Below, piece after piece: positions 48,031 to 57,706 of a stretch of DNA of 64,000 bases. The first letter of the stretch is position 1. Every line of letters begins with the position of its first letter. Under the pieces are notes generated by a model. That model saw only the letters and a list, made by a program, of their open reading frames with translations, ran no database searches and had not been told where the DNA came from. Both the position numbers and the translations under genes were made by a program. The DNA lies in contig LBOM01000005.1 in the NCBI GenBank assembly GCA_000989515.1, forward strand, positions 2,709 through 66,708, given 5' to 3'. This DNA is from Candidatus Nomurabacteria bacterium GW2011_GWE1_32_28 (GTDB lineage: Bacteria; Patescibacteriota; Minisyncoccia; Phycocordibacterales; UBA9973).

Positions 48031-51000
48031 GGTGATAGAATTGTTTCTGATATTAAATCATTGCTAAATAATTTAAAAGAAAATGATGAACAGGAAATAG
48101 GGGAGCCTTGTATTTCTCCACCAGAACTTTCTTTACTTCATAAAGTTCAGGGTGTTTTGTTTGCTGTAGCTGACCCGACTGCAGGAGTAGTGAAAGTCGG
48201 ATTAATTAGTTCTTATAATGCAGGTTCTTATATCGCTGATGGTGTGCATAATGCTGGATTAGCAGTAGGAAACGGGATACATGATACTAGCTTAAAAATA
48301 AATAATATGGTTTCAGGATTGTTGGCAAATGCTATTGGAAGTTTGCCTGATGCTGGTGTTATAGCTGCTGTTCCTTTTGGTGTATTAGATTCTGAAAATA
48401 TAGAAGCTGGGGCGGAGGAATTGCCTCCGCCTGCTTCGTCTGTAGAGAAAGAGACCGTCCTTCCACAAGAGATACCTGAGATAAAAGATGAAGTAACTAT
48501 TCCTACTGAACCTGAACCTATTTTAGTTGAGCCAGTTCCTGAAAAAGAAGAAGTTGTGGATGTTGTACCAGAGAAGATTGATCCTATCGTATCTAATACC
48601 ACATATTATGGTGGAGGTGGCGGAAGTAGTACACCTACAGATATAGTTGCTCCAGTTATTACAATTCTTGGAAATAATCCTGAGACAATTACAAAAGATT
48701 CTATTTATCTTGATGCAGGTGCGACAGCTTTGGACGATGTTGATGGTGTGATAGAAGTAGTTGTCACTGGTGTTGTGGATATTAGTGTCGTTGGTGTTTA
48801 TATTATTACTTATACTGCGACAGATCTTTCTAATAATATTGCGACAATGATACGTACTATCAACGTTGTTTTGCCTCCACCCCCACCACTTGCTACTTTT
48901 ACAATTGACTCTGATACTACATTAGTTGCTGGTGAATATAATTATGATAATTTAATTATTACAAATAATGCGGTACTTACCTTAGATAGCAATCGTGATT
49001 CACTAGACCCATTTAAGGGTGTAAAAATAAATGCAGTAAATATAACTATTGAAAATGGTTCATCTATTTCTGCTCAAAGTAAAGGATACGCGAATGGTCC
49101 AGGAACTTATGCAGAGAATAGTCCTGGTGCGAGTTATGGTGGAACAGGTGATAAAAATATTTCAACATCGATATATGGTAGTGCGACCAAGCCTATTGAT
49201 TTAGGTAGTGGGGGATATAATTATTTTCGTGATGGTGGAGCTATTCGTCTTGTCGTCACAGATACTCTCATAAATAATGGTATTGTTTCTTCGAATGGAG
49301 ATAGTACATCGAGTGGTGGAAGTATTTATGTAACAACAAAAAATTTGACTGGAAGTGGTTCATTTAGTGCAAATGGTGGAGGATTATACTCTACTTCCGT
49401 TATTCACGGTTCTGGTAGTGGAGGTAGAATTGCTATATATTATGAAGTTAATTCTTTTTCTGGAATAGTAGAAGCAAAAGGTGGATGTGGAAGTTATGAT
49501 GGATATTCTAGAACTTGTGCGATGGATGGAACAGTTGGATATTTTGATACAATAAATAATGATCTTTCTGTATATAATTCATGGCAATTTTTAAAAGTAG
49601 ATAGTCCATTTAATTATAATAAAATTATTTTAACAAATGGTTCGACAATAAGATCAGAAAAAGAAGTTAATATAACAGCAGACGATCTTCTTTTAGATAA
49701 GATTTCTAATTTTACATTAAACGAAGATCAGATTATAAATATTTCGTCAATTAGGTTAAATGAAAATTCTAGATTAACACTTTCTGGAAGTGAAATGATA
49801 ACTGCTGACAATTTAATTATTAGTGGCAATTCTGATGTCACTATAGTTATAGAGAAAATATTTTCTTTAACTATTCCGAACATTAATATTGAAAGTGGAT
49901 CTTCTATTTCAGCTGATACAAAAGGGTATTTTGGTGGTCCGGGTGCTCCTTTGGTATACAGGGCTGGTGCAAGCTATGGAGGAGCAGGCGAGGGAAGCGA
50001 TGATGCATTAACTTATGGTTCAGTTTTGGAACCTGTAGATTTTGGAAGTGGTGGAAATGGTGATCTACGTGGTGGTGGAGCTATTCGTCTTGTCGTCACA
50101 GATACTTTCATAAACAATGGTATTGTTTCTTCAAATGGAAACAGCACATCGAGTGGTGGAAGTATATATATAACAGTAAAGAATTTATCTGGAAGTGGAA
50201 AATTTAGTGCAAACGGAGGAGGGCTTTATTCTTCTTCTGTTATATTTGGTTCTGGTGGAGGTGGTAGAAATGCAATTTATTATGAGAGTAATCTTTTTAC
50301 TGGAACAGTGGAAGCAAAAGGTGGATGTGGAAGTTATGATGGATATTCTAGAGTCTGTGCAAAAGATGGAACAGTAAAAATGATTGATACTACAAAGAGT
50401 TCAGTAAAACAAATTACGACATTTGATTTTATGAGTTTGACACCAAACGTTGTTGGAATGATTGATGAAGTTAATCATGCTGTTTCTCTAACTGTTCCTT
50501 TTGGTACTGCTGTGACAGCTCTCGTCTCAACTATTACAATTTCAGAAAAAGCGATAATTAGTCCAGATACTAATGTAGCTCAAGATTTTACAAATGCTGT
50601 TACTTACACAGTGACTGCAGAGAATGGTTCTACTCAGGATTATATTGTCACAGTTTTGGTCGCTTCTGATCCAAATCCTCTACCTGATGATACGATACCT
50701 TCAATATTAAGCTCTTCATTAAATGGAATTGCTAGTGATGTGGCGACCAATCCTGTCGTAGACCTTGTTTCTATTGCTTTTATTGCAAATGAAAATGTAG
50801 ATTGGGTTTCTATAAAAATTGAGAAAGAAGACGATGAAACTGTTTACAAATATTTTTATCCAGGGATTGATTGTGATGGGCAGGATGCTTGTACTAAATC
50901 ATGGAATGGTTTATTAGCGGGAGATTCAATAGCACCAATCGGTGTATATAAGATAAGGGTTCGTATTCGAGATCTGATTAGCCTAGAAGAATATGATTTT

Positions 51001-51039
51001 TCCCATTTATATAAAATTACAGTAGATACTTCTCTATAA
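48031..51039 (+). CDS. Large beta-helix / Ig-like surface protein, possibly the continuation of 47392-48030 across the in-frame TAG
   Basis: It has no signal peptide of its own and no in-frame ATG near its start. A DUF5011-like Ig domain is present (APVITILGNNPETITKDSIYLDAGATALDDVDG...). Two long Gly/Ser-rich beta-helix repeats are nearly identical. Confidence 0.55.
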   Translation, partial: GDRIVSDIKSLLNNLKENDEQEIGEPCISPPELSLLHKVQGVLFAVADPTAGVVKVGLISSYNAGSYIADGVHNAGLAVGNGIHDTSLKINNMVSGLLANAIGSLPDAGVIAAVPFGVLDSENIEAGAEELPPPASSVEKETVLPQEIPEIKDEVTIPTEPEPILVEPVPEKEEVVDVVPEKIDPIVSNTTYYGGGGGSSTPTDIVAPVITILGNNPETITKDSIYLDAGATALDDVDGVIEVVVTGVVDISVVGVYIITYTATDLSNNIATMIRTINVVLPPPPPLATFTIDSDTTLVAGEYNYDNLIITNNAVLTLDSNRDSLDPFKGVKINAVNITIENGSSISAQSKGYANGPGTYAENSPGASYGGTGDKNISTSIYGSATKPIDLGSGGYNYFRDGGAIRLVVTDTLINNGIVSSNGDSTSSGGSIYVTTKNLTGSGSFSANGGGLYSTSVIHGSGSGGRIAIYYEVNSFSGIVEAKGGCGSYDGYSRTCAMDGTVGYFDTINNDLSVYNSWQFLKVDSPFNYNKIILTNGSTIRSEKEVNITADDLLLDKISNFTLNEDQIINISSIRLNENSRLTLSGSEMITADNLIISGNSDVTIVIEKIFSLTIPNINIESGSSISADTKGYFGGPGAPLVYRAGASYGGAGEGSDDALTYGSVLEPVDFGSGGNGDLRGGGAIRLVVTDTFINNGIVSSNGNSTSSGGSIYITVKNLSGSGKFSANGGGLYSSSVIFGSGGGGRNAIYYESNLFTGTVEAKGGCGSYDGYSRVCAKDGTVKMIDTTKSSVKQITTFDFMSLTPNVVGMIDEVNHAVSLTVPFGTAVTALVSTITISEKAIISPDTNVAQDFTNAVTYTVTAENGSTQDYIVTVLVASDPNPLPDDTIPSILSSSLNGIASDVATNPVVDLVSIAFIANENVDWVSIKIEKEDDETVYKYFYPGIDCDGQDACTKSWNGLLAGDSIAPIGVYKIRVRIRDLISLEEYDFSHLYKITVDTSL

Positions 51040-51160
51040 TTTTCCACAAGTTCAACTTGTGGGGGAAGGGGGAGATTGAGTTGTTTGAAGGTTGTTATTA
51101 TTATTAGGAGTAGTATTATTAGTAAGGAATAATTCTTTAACAAATCTTAGAGGTATTGTT

Positions 51161-51370
51161 ATGGAACAAAATTGTTGTGTTGCTTATTTGGGTCAATGTG
51201 ACTTTAAAATTCTTTCTCGTATAGACGGTCATTATAAAGAATTTTTTTATGTTTGTATGAACTGTGGAAGAGAAAAGATTTTAGATAGAATTTCTCTTAA
51301 TCATAAAAATCATAAGTATTCAGAAGGAGATCAAATAAAAATGGAAGAGCTATCTTTACAGGGCAAGTAG
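51161..51370 (+). CDS. Small Cys-rich (zinc-ribbon-like) protein
   Basis: MEQNCCVAYLGQC...CMNCG. The hairpin CAAGTAGATTATT...AATAATCTACTTG plus a T-run follows. Confidence 0.45.
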   Translation: MEQNCCVAYLGQCDFKILSRIDGHYKEFFYVCMNCGREKILDRISLNHKNHKYSEGDQIKMEELSLQGK

Positions 51371-51420
51371 ATTATTTATAAATAATCTACTTGCCTCTTT
51401 TTTTATGTTATAATAAAATT

Positions 51421-51564
51421 ATGGTGAAACATTTTTTAAAGACTTTATCTATTTTTATTTTTATGATAATTTTAGGACTCATAGGAGTTTATCTAGTAGG
51501 TTATTTTGATAATAATGAAGAATCAGCTAATGTTTTAAATAATCAAGCGGAAGTAGCAATATAA
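51421..51564 (+). CDS. 47-aa single-pass membrane peptide (hypothetical, not in the ORF track)
   Basis: ATG..TAA ORF MVKHFLKTLSIFIFMIILGLIGVYLVGYFDNNEESANVLNNQAEVAI. Confidence 0.3.
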   Translation: MVKHFLKTLSIFIFMIILGLIGVYLVGYFDNNEESANVLNNQAEVAI

Positions 51565-51599
51565 GGATATAAAATATATTGCTTTAGTTTAAAAGTTGT

Positions 51600-51802
51600 G
51601 ATATTATACAAATACCGCAAAGAAAATAGGCGTAATCAATTAACAATTAAGAATTACGAGTTAACAATTTGAAATTCGTAATTAAAAATTCGTAATTGAA
51701 TGTAAGTCCTATTTAGTGGGTCGATATTTGCCAAACAGGCGAAAAAGATTTGCGGCGAAAGCCGTTTTTTTTGTTTTTAAAAAATAAAAAGGTAATAAAA
51801 TT
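51600..51802 (+). promoter_or_regulatory. Structured leader upstream of rplJ (candidate L10-leader-type autoregulatory attenuator)
   Basis: Paired heptamer arrays (51631-51701) and the GC hairpin GCGGCGAAAGCCG plus T8 (about 51752-51775) lie just before the rplJ start. Confidence 0.35.
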
Positions 51803-52282
51803 ATGTTACAAAAATCAAAAAAAGAAGAAATAATAAAGAGTCTTGAAAAAGCAATCAAAGAATCTTTATCTGTTGTATTTGTTAATTTTCATGGTATGAA
51901 CGTTGGCGATGAGACTGTTCTTCGTAGAGAACTTAGAGACAAAGGAGTAGATTATAAAGTATCTAGAAAAACTTTATTAAAGAGAGCATTGACCAAAAAA
52001 GCAGAAGGGGATATTCCTGAGCTTTCAGGCGAAGTTGCTATAGCATATTCAAAAGATGAAGTTGCTTCTTCTCGTGAAATTTATAATTTTCAAAAAACCC
52101 ATAAAGGTGTCTTGAATATTTTAGGTGGAATTTTTGAAGGTAAATTTATAGGCAAGGAAAGAATGATGGAGATAGCTGTAATACCTTCTAGAGAGGTACT
52201 TCTCTCCAAAATTGCATTTTTGCTTAAATCTCCAATACAACGTTTGGCTATTACAGTCAATGAAGTTGCAAAAAAGAAATAA
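51803..52282 (+). CDS. rplJ: Ribosomal protein L10
   Basis: The pattern VVFVNFHGMNVGDETVLRRELRDKGVDYKVSRKTL and its position upstream of rplL. Confidence 0.9.
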   Translation: MLQKSKKEEIIKSLEKAIKESLSVVFVNFHGMNVGDETVLRRELRDKGVDYKVSRKTLLKRALTKKAEGDIPELSGEVAIAYSKDEVASSREIYNFQKTHKGVLNILGGIFEGKFIGKERMMEIAVIPSREVLLSKIAFLLKSPIQRLAITVNEVAKKK

Positions 52283-52304
52283 TTATTAAATAATAAAAAA
52301 TATT

Positions 52305-52673
52305 ATGTCAAAATTTGATTCATTTATGAAAGACCTTGAGAGCGCATCAGTTTTAGAATTGAATGATCTCGTAAAGGCAATAGAAGAAAAGTTTGGAGTT
52401 TCCGCCGCCGCTGTCGCAGCTGCCGGTCCTGCTGCAGGTGCTGCAGAAGCCGCTGAAGAAAAAGATTCATTTACATTAGTACTTACATCTGCTGGTGAAC
52501 AAAAAATAGCTATCATGAAAGTTGTAAAAGAAGTTTTGAGTCTTGGACTTAAAGAGGCTAAAGATCTAGTCGATGCTGTCCCTTCTACATTAAAAGAAGG
52601 TATGAAGAAAGCTGAAGCTGATGAACTTAAGAAAAAGATTGAAGAAGCAGGTGGAAAAGTAGAATTAAAATAA
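52305..52673 (+). CDS. rplL: Ribosomal protein L7/L12
   Basis: An Ala-rich hinge ([19 protein letters not shown]) and the C-terminal [19 protein letters not shown]... Confidence 0.95.
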   Translation: MSKFDSFMKDLESASVLELNDLVKAIEEKFGVSAAAVAAAGPAAGAAEAAEEKDSFTLVLTSAGEQKIAIMKVVKEVLSLGLKEAKDLVDAVPSTLKEGMKKAEADELKKKIEEAGGKVELK

Positions 52674-52681
52674 TAGAAGAA

Positions 52682-52754
52682 AGAGCGAATACAAAAGTTT
52701 TCTGGCGGACAAAAGAACAAAGTGCCCGCAGGCGAAAACTTTTGTATTCGCTCT
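52682..52754 (+). terminator. Long-stem terminator after rplL
   Basis: Perfect 21-bp stem AGAGCGAATACAAAAGTTTTC / GAAAACTTTTGTATTCGCTCT with a 31-nt loop, followed by a T-run. Confidence 0.7.
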
Positions 52755-52794
52755 TTTTTATTGTTTTTTATAAAAAGGGTGGTATTATATATAT

Positions 52795-53376
52795 ATGGAA
52801 ATTCTGGGAAAAATATTAGGGAGTGGAGCTCGGGTAAAAATAATGCGTCTTTTTTTGTTGAATTCTAAGAGTGGATTTAGTAAAAAAGATATAGTAAAAA
52901 GAAGTCGTGTAAGTTCTAGTATCGCAGGTAAAGAAATAAAACTTTTATCTTCTTTGGATTTTATTAAAAAACATAATATAAATTGGTTTTTTAATCCACT
53001 TTTTAAATACGGGAAAGAATTTGAGAGACTTTTAATAGGGTCTGAGACATTAGACAACAAGATAATTGCTGATACTTTTAAAAAAGTTGGACGAGTAAAA
53101 CTTCTATTAGTTTCTGGTATTTTTATTAAAAATAAAGACACTAGAATTGATCTTCTCATTGTTGGAGATAAAATGAAAAAAAATAAAATTGAAGAAGGGA
53201 TACATAAGTTAGAAGCTGAAATAGGTACTGAACTCGTTTATGCTATTTTTGATACAAAAGAGTTTATATATAGATTAAATATGTATGATAAACTCGTACG
53301 GGACATACTTGATTTTCCTCACAAGATTATTTTTCAAGCTAAAGAGTTATCCACACAAGCTTTAAAAAAATCCTAA
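52795..53376 (+). CDS. Hypothetical protein with an N-terminal wHTH-like region
   Basis: 193-aa ORF. ARVKIMRLFLLNSKSGFSKKDIVKRSRVSSSIAGKEIKLL resembles a wHTH. Confidence 0.5.
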   Translation: MEILGKILGSGARVKIMRLFLLNSKSGFSKKDIVKRSRVSSSIAGKEIKLLSSLDFIKKHNINWFFNPLFKYGKEFERLLIGSETLDNKIIADTFKKVGRVKLLLVSGIFIKNKDTRIDLLIVGDKMKKNKIEEGIHKLEAEIGTELVYAIFDTKEFIYRLNMYDKLVRDILDFPHKIIFQAKELSTQALKKS

Positions 53377-53485
53377 AAATTGTTATAATAAAATATAGAA
53401 CTTTACAAGGTCGAAACTTTATAAGTTTTTATTAGTTAATTTTTTAGCTTAATGCTGATCCGTTTTTAGCGGAAATTATAAATTT

Positions 53486-54181
53486 ATGAGTAATATTTGG
53501 ATGACATGGGGTGATGTTTTTAATGTTTCATTGCAAAGTTTGTGGTGGGCTTTTATTCAATTTGCTCCAAGACTTATTTTAGCGATTATTTTATTTGTTG
53601 TTGGTTGGGTATTGGGTTCTCTTGTTGCTAAAGCATTTGAACAAGTTTTTGGTACTTTAAAAATTGATAATATTTTTAAATCTATTGGTGTAGATGATTT
53701 TTTTAGAAAGGCAGGAATGAATCTTAATTCTGGTCATTTCGTTGGAGAAGTAATGAAATGGTTTATAATTATTATTTTCTTGCTCCCTTCACTTAATTTG
53801 ATTGGGTTGGATTCAATTGCATATTTCTTAAAAGATGATGTGCTTGGATTTTTGCCTAAGGTTATAATTGCTGCTTTTGTATTAATAATTGCGACAATCT
53901 TGGCAGAATTTCTTTCAAAAACAGCTTATGCTTCAGCTCGTGCAATGAATCTTAAATCTGCACATATGTTGAGTTCACTTGTAAAATATACAGTTTGGGC
54001 CTTTGCATTTATTATTGCATTAGGTCAGCTTGGAGTAGCAGAAGGGTATATGAATACTCTTTTCGCTGGAATAGTTGGAATGCTTGCTCTTGGTGGTGCT
54101 CTTGCTTTTGGCTTGGGTGCTAAAGATGCAGCAGGAAGATTGATTTCAAAACTTGGAGAAGAAATGTCTCACAAAGAATAA
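53486..54181 (+). CDS. Membrane protein with conserved-TM-helix repeats (small mechanosensitive-channel-like)
   Basis: 231 aa with 4-5 hydrophobic spans. The family call is by pattern only. Confidence 0.45.
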   Translation: MSNIWMTWGDVFNVSLQSLWWAFIQFAPRLILAIILFVVGWVLGSLVAKAFEQVFGTLKIDNIFKSIGVDDFFRKAGMNLNSGHFVGEVMKWFIIIIFLLPSLNLIGLDSIAYFLKDDVLGFLPKVIIAAFVLIIATILAEFLSKTAYASARAMNLKSAHMLSSLVKYTVWAFAFIIALGQLGVAEGYMNTLFAGIVGMLALGGALAFGLGAKDAAGRLISKLGEEMSHKE

Positions 54182-55082
54182 TAAATACTTTATAGAAATA
54201 GAAAAAAGATGTCCACACTTTCCCCATTGGGGCTTAGGTTGACATCTTTTTTCGTTTAATATATACTCTTTCAATCAGTATGATTACATTAAGAAACAAG
54301 TTTAAAAGGCGGTTTTAAGCAGACTTTCTTTTGTCTGTTGACCGCTTAAAAAGCGGTTTTTTATTTGGTAAGTATGGCTTGAAAATTGACAACTTAAATC
54401 CTATCCTAGTATTCTTGGACAACTTGCAAAAGTGTGTCCGGCATGCAGCCTGTATGCTTAGGGTCTTTTCAAAGCTAGAGATAGGAAATTGTTTAAATAA
54501 TTTTGAATGCCGAGCGGTCGGACTAGATTTTATTATAAGCATTGTTTTATCCTTATGTAATGTAAGGATTGTGATTTATAAATTTCTTAACAGGAAATTT
54601 AAGGGCGTATGGTGGATGCCTTGACTTTAAGAGGCGATGAAGGACGTGGCGTTGCTGCGATAAGCTTCGGGGAGGTGCTTAGCTACCTTTGATCCGGAGA
54701 TTTCCGAATGGGGAAACCCTATCAAGTAAACCTTGATAACTTTTATCTTTATGATAAAAGAGCATACCCTGGGAAGTGAAACATCTCAGTACCAGGAGGA
54801 ATAGAGACAAATATGTATTTCCTTAGTAGCGGCGAGCGAAAAGGAAGAAGCCCAAACCGTTCTCGCAAGAGGGCGGGGTTGTAAGATGACAATGTAGTTT
54901 ACTAGGAGAGTTAAAAAATAAATTATTAGTTGAAGTTGCTGGAAAGCGACACCGTAGGGGGTGATAGTCCCGTAAACGAAAATAATTTATCTCTTTTATT
55001 GTTATTCTTGAGTACCCCAGGACATGAATGGCCGGGGGGAATCTAGCGGAACTAACCGCTAAGGCTAAATACTCTTAAAGAT

Positions 55083-55119
<37 letters not shown>

Positions 55120-56332
55120 CAGCCCGATTAGGGCGGTGAAATAGACCTGAAACCATATGTCTACAAGGAGTCGGAGCAGGTATTTATATCTGCAACGGCG
55201 TGCCTATTGAAGAATGAGCCAACGAGTTTATTCATACTGCAAGGCTAAGCTGGCTAAAACAGCAGAGCCGAAGGGAAACCGAGTGTTAATAGCGCGAATG
55301 AGTAGTATGCATAAGACCCGAAGCCAGGTGAGCTTGCCATGAGCAGGTTGAAGTTTGTCGAAAGACAAATGGAGGACCGAACCGGTAGATCGTACAACGT
55401 CTTCGGATGACTTGTGGTAAGGAGTGAAAAGCTAATCGAACCTGGTAATAGCTGGTTCTCTCCGAAATAGCTTTAGGGCTAGCGTCACTGGAAGGTTTCG
55501 ACAGGGAGCAATCTCGCGAAACCTATCAAACTCCGAATACCAGAAACCATAGCTTGGCAGTTAGGCCATGGGGGCGAAGCTCCATTGGCCAAAAGGGAAA
55601 CAGCCCAGATCTCAAAATAAGGTCCCTAAATTTATGCTAAGTGTAAGATAAGAAGGTGGAATTTCTCTGACAATGAGGAGGTTGGCTTAGAAGCAGCCAT
55701 CCTTTAAAGATAGCGTAACAGCTCACTCATCTAGAGATTTTGCGTCGACATAGTACCGAATTTGAGGATTTCGTTTTTCTTCGGAAGAACGGAGTGGTAG
55801 GAGAGTGTTCCAATCTGCTGTGAAGTAGGACTCGTGAGAGCCTATGGAGCGTTTGGAAGTAAGAATGTTGGCACAAGTAACCGCAATGAGGGTGAGATCC
55901 CCTCACGTCGAAAGATCAAGGTTTCCTTGGTAATGTCAATCAGCCAAGGGTTAGTCGGGCCTAAGGGAATGGAGAAATCCGTACTCGATGGACATAGGGT
56001 TAATATTCCCTGACTTCTGTATTTTGTGATGGGACGACGGAGTGTAGTATGTATTGCTCATTATTGGATTTGAAGTTTGTTTACTAAAGATGAGGTGTAG
56101 GAAAATCCGCACACTGCTTTCAATGGCAAATCTAAGGTAAATGAAAAGTCTTAAGCCTCGGTTTAGGACAATAATACAAAGCACGCTTCCAAGAAAAATC
56201 TCTAAACTTAAAAATATAGAATCCGTACCGCAAACCGACACAGGTGATCAGGTCGAGTAGACCAAGACGAACGAGTGAGTGGTCCCCAAGGAACTCGGCA
56301 AAAAAGCAGCCGTAACTTCGGGATAAGGCTTG

Positions 56333-56486
56333 CCCCCACCACTTTGGATATTTCTAAATATTTGAGAGTGTTGGGAGAGTAAGATTTAAGTATCGAGCAA
56401 AAAGAGACAATGAGGAATTAAATTAAAGCTCTTCATCATTTTTTATTTCACAGAATTTTTTTGTGAAGTATCTAAAGTGGTGGGGG
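56333..56486 (+). other. AT-rich expansion / intervening-sequence-like insertion in the helix-63 region of the 23S
   Basis: A closing stem CCCCCACCACTTT / AAAGTGGTGGGGG encloses about 128 nt of AT-rich sequence, where E. coli has a much shorter helix. Confidence 0.6.
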
Positions 56487-56640
56487 CCGCAGCGAAAGTT
56501 TCTCTGGCAACTGTTTACCAAAAACACAGCTCCCTGCGAACTCGTAAGAGGATGTATAGGGGGTGACACCTGACCAATGCCAGAAGGTCAAATATCGGCG
56601 GTGTATGTCGCAAGATGTATGCAGACTGATATAAGCCCTG

Positions 56641-56683
<43 letters not shown>

Positions 56684-57301
56684 ACCTTGTCGGGTAAGTT
56701 CCGACGCGCACGAATGGTGTAATGACTGGAGAACTGTCTCGGGGACCAGCTCGGTGAAAATACAATGCCGGTGAAGATGCCGGCTAAGTGCAGTTAGACG
56801 AAAAGACCCTAGAAGCTTTACTATAACTTGATATTGAGCATGTTTTTAAACTGCGTAGAATAGATGGGAGAGGTTTGAAGTGTACGGTTTCGGCTGTATT
56901 CTACTCGTCAGTGAAATACCATTCTTTTTGAAGGCATGTTCTAACCAATACGGCAAAAACGTATTGAGACAGTATCTGGTGGATAGTTTTACTGGGGCTG
57001 TACCCTCCTAAAAAGTAAAGGAGGGGTTTAAAGGTTAGCTAGGCGCGAATGGAAACCGTGCCGATAGTGTAATGGCACAAGCTAGCTTGACTGTAAGAGG
57101 TACATCTCAAGCAGGTGGGAAACCAGAACATAGTGATCCGACCATACGCATTAGACGCGGTGGAAGCTCAACGGATAAAAGCTACTCTAGGGATAACAGG
57201 CTAGTTCCGCCTAAGAGTTCATATCGACGGCGGAGTTCGGCACCTCGATGTCGGCTCACCTTAGCGCGGCGGTGGAGAAGCTGCCAAGCGTTTCAGACCG
57301 T

Positions 57302-57643
57302 TCTTCAGTCAATTATTAAATTGACTTCAGAACAGTCTGGATCCTCAGAGGAATAGTGAACGAAAGTGAACTACTGTTTTAATCGAAATTAACCATATTG
57401 CTGTTTGCAATATCACGGCGGTCGCGTTAAATTTATATTAACAAATCACGCGATGAAGTCGGGGTTTTCGGTGGAATCCTATCACATTTATGTGAGGACA
57501 ATACCGAGAAGAAAATTTATTTTTTCTTTGTAGAGACTACAAACCGACCCCCTTAAATTGGGGAATGTATAGTCCAATCCCATAAGTAATTATGGAAATT
57601 GCTAAAGCCTAAGGCCTAATGCCTAAAGCCTAGCATGTAGATG
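57302..57643 (+). mobile_element. ORF-less group-I-like intron at the position equivalent to E. coli 23S U2593 (boundaries provisional)
   Basis: The 3' flank resumes exactly at CGTGAGACAG. The 5' flank ends in U and the insert ends in G. A core can be drawn: GTCGG/CCGAC, TTCGGTG/TACCGAG, GACTAC/GTATAGTC, CCCC/GGGG, and an S-like AATGTATAGTCC at 57564-57575. Confidence 0.55.
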
Positions 57644-57706
57644 CGTGAGACAGGTTGGTCTCCTATCTACTGCACTCGTTGATTCTTGAGAAGATTTGCT
57701 CCTAGT

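Noticed and set aside
52286-52720. 144-aa antisense ORF opposite rplL. Many similar antisense ORFs occur elsewhere in the track, for example 214-564, 6896-7234, 34057-34320, 36505-36846, 41084-42771 and 48228-48602.
   Set aside because: Each lies fully inside a strongly supported gene on the other strand and has low-complexity or mirror-composition sequence. These are shadow ORFs.
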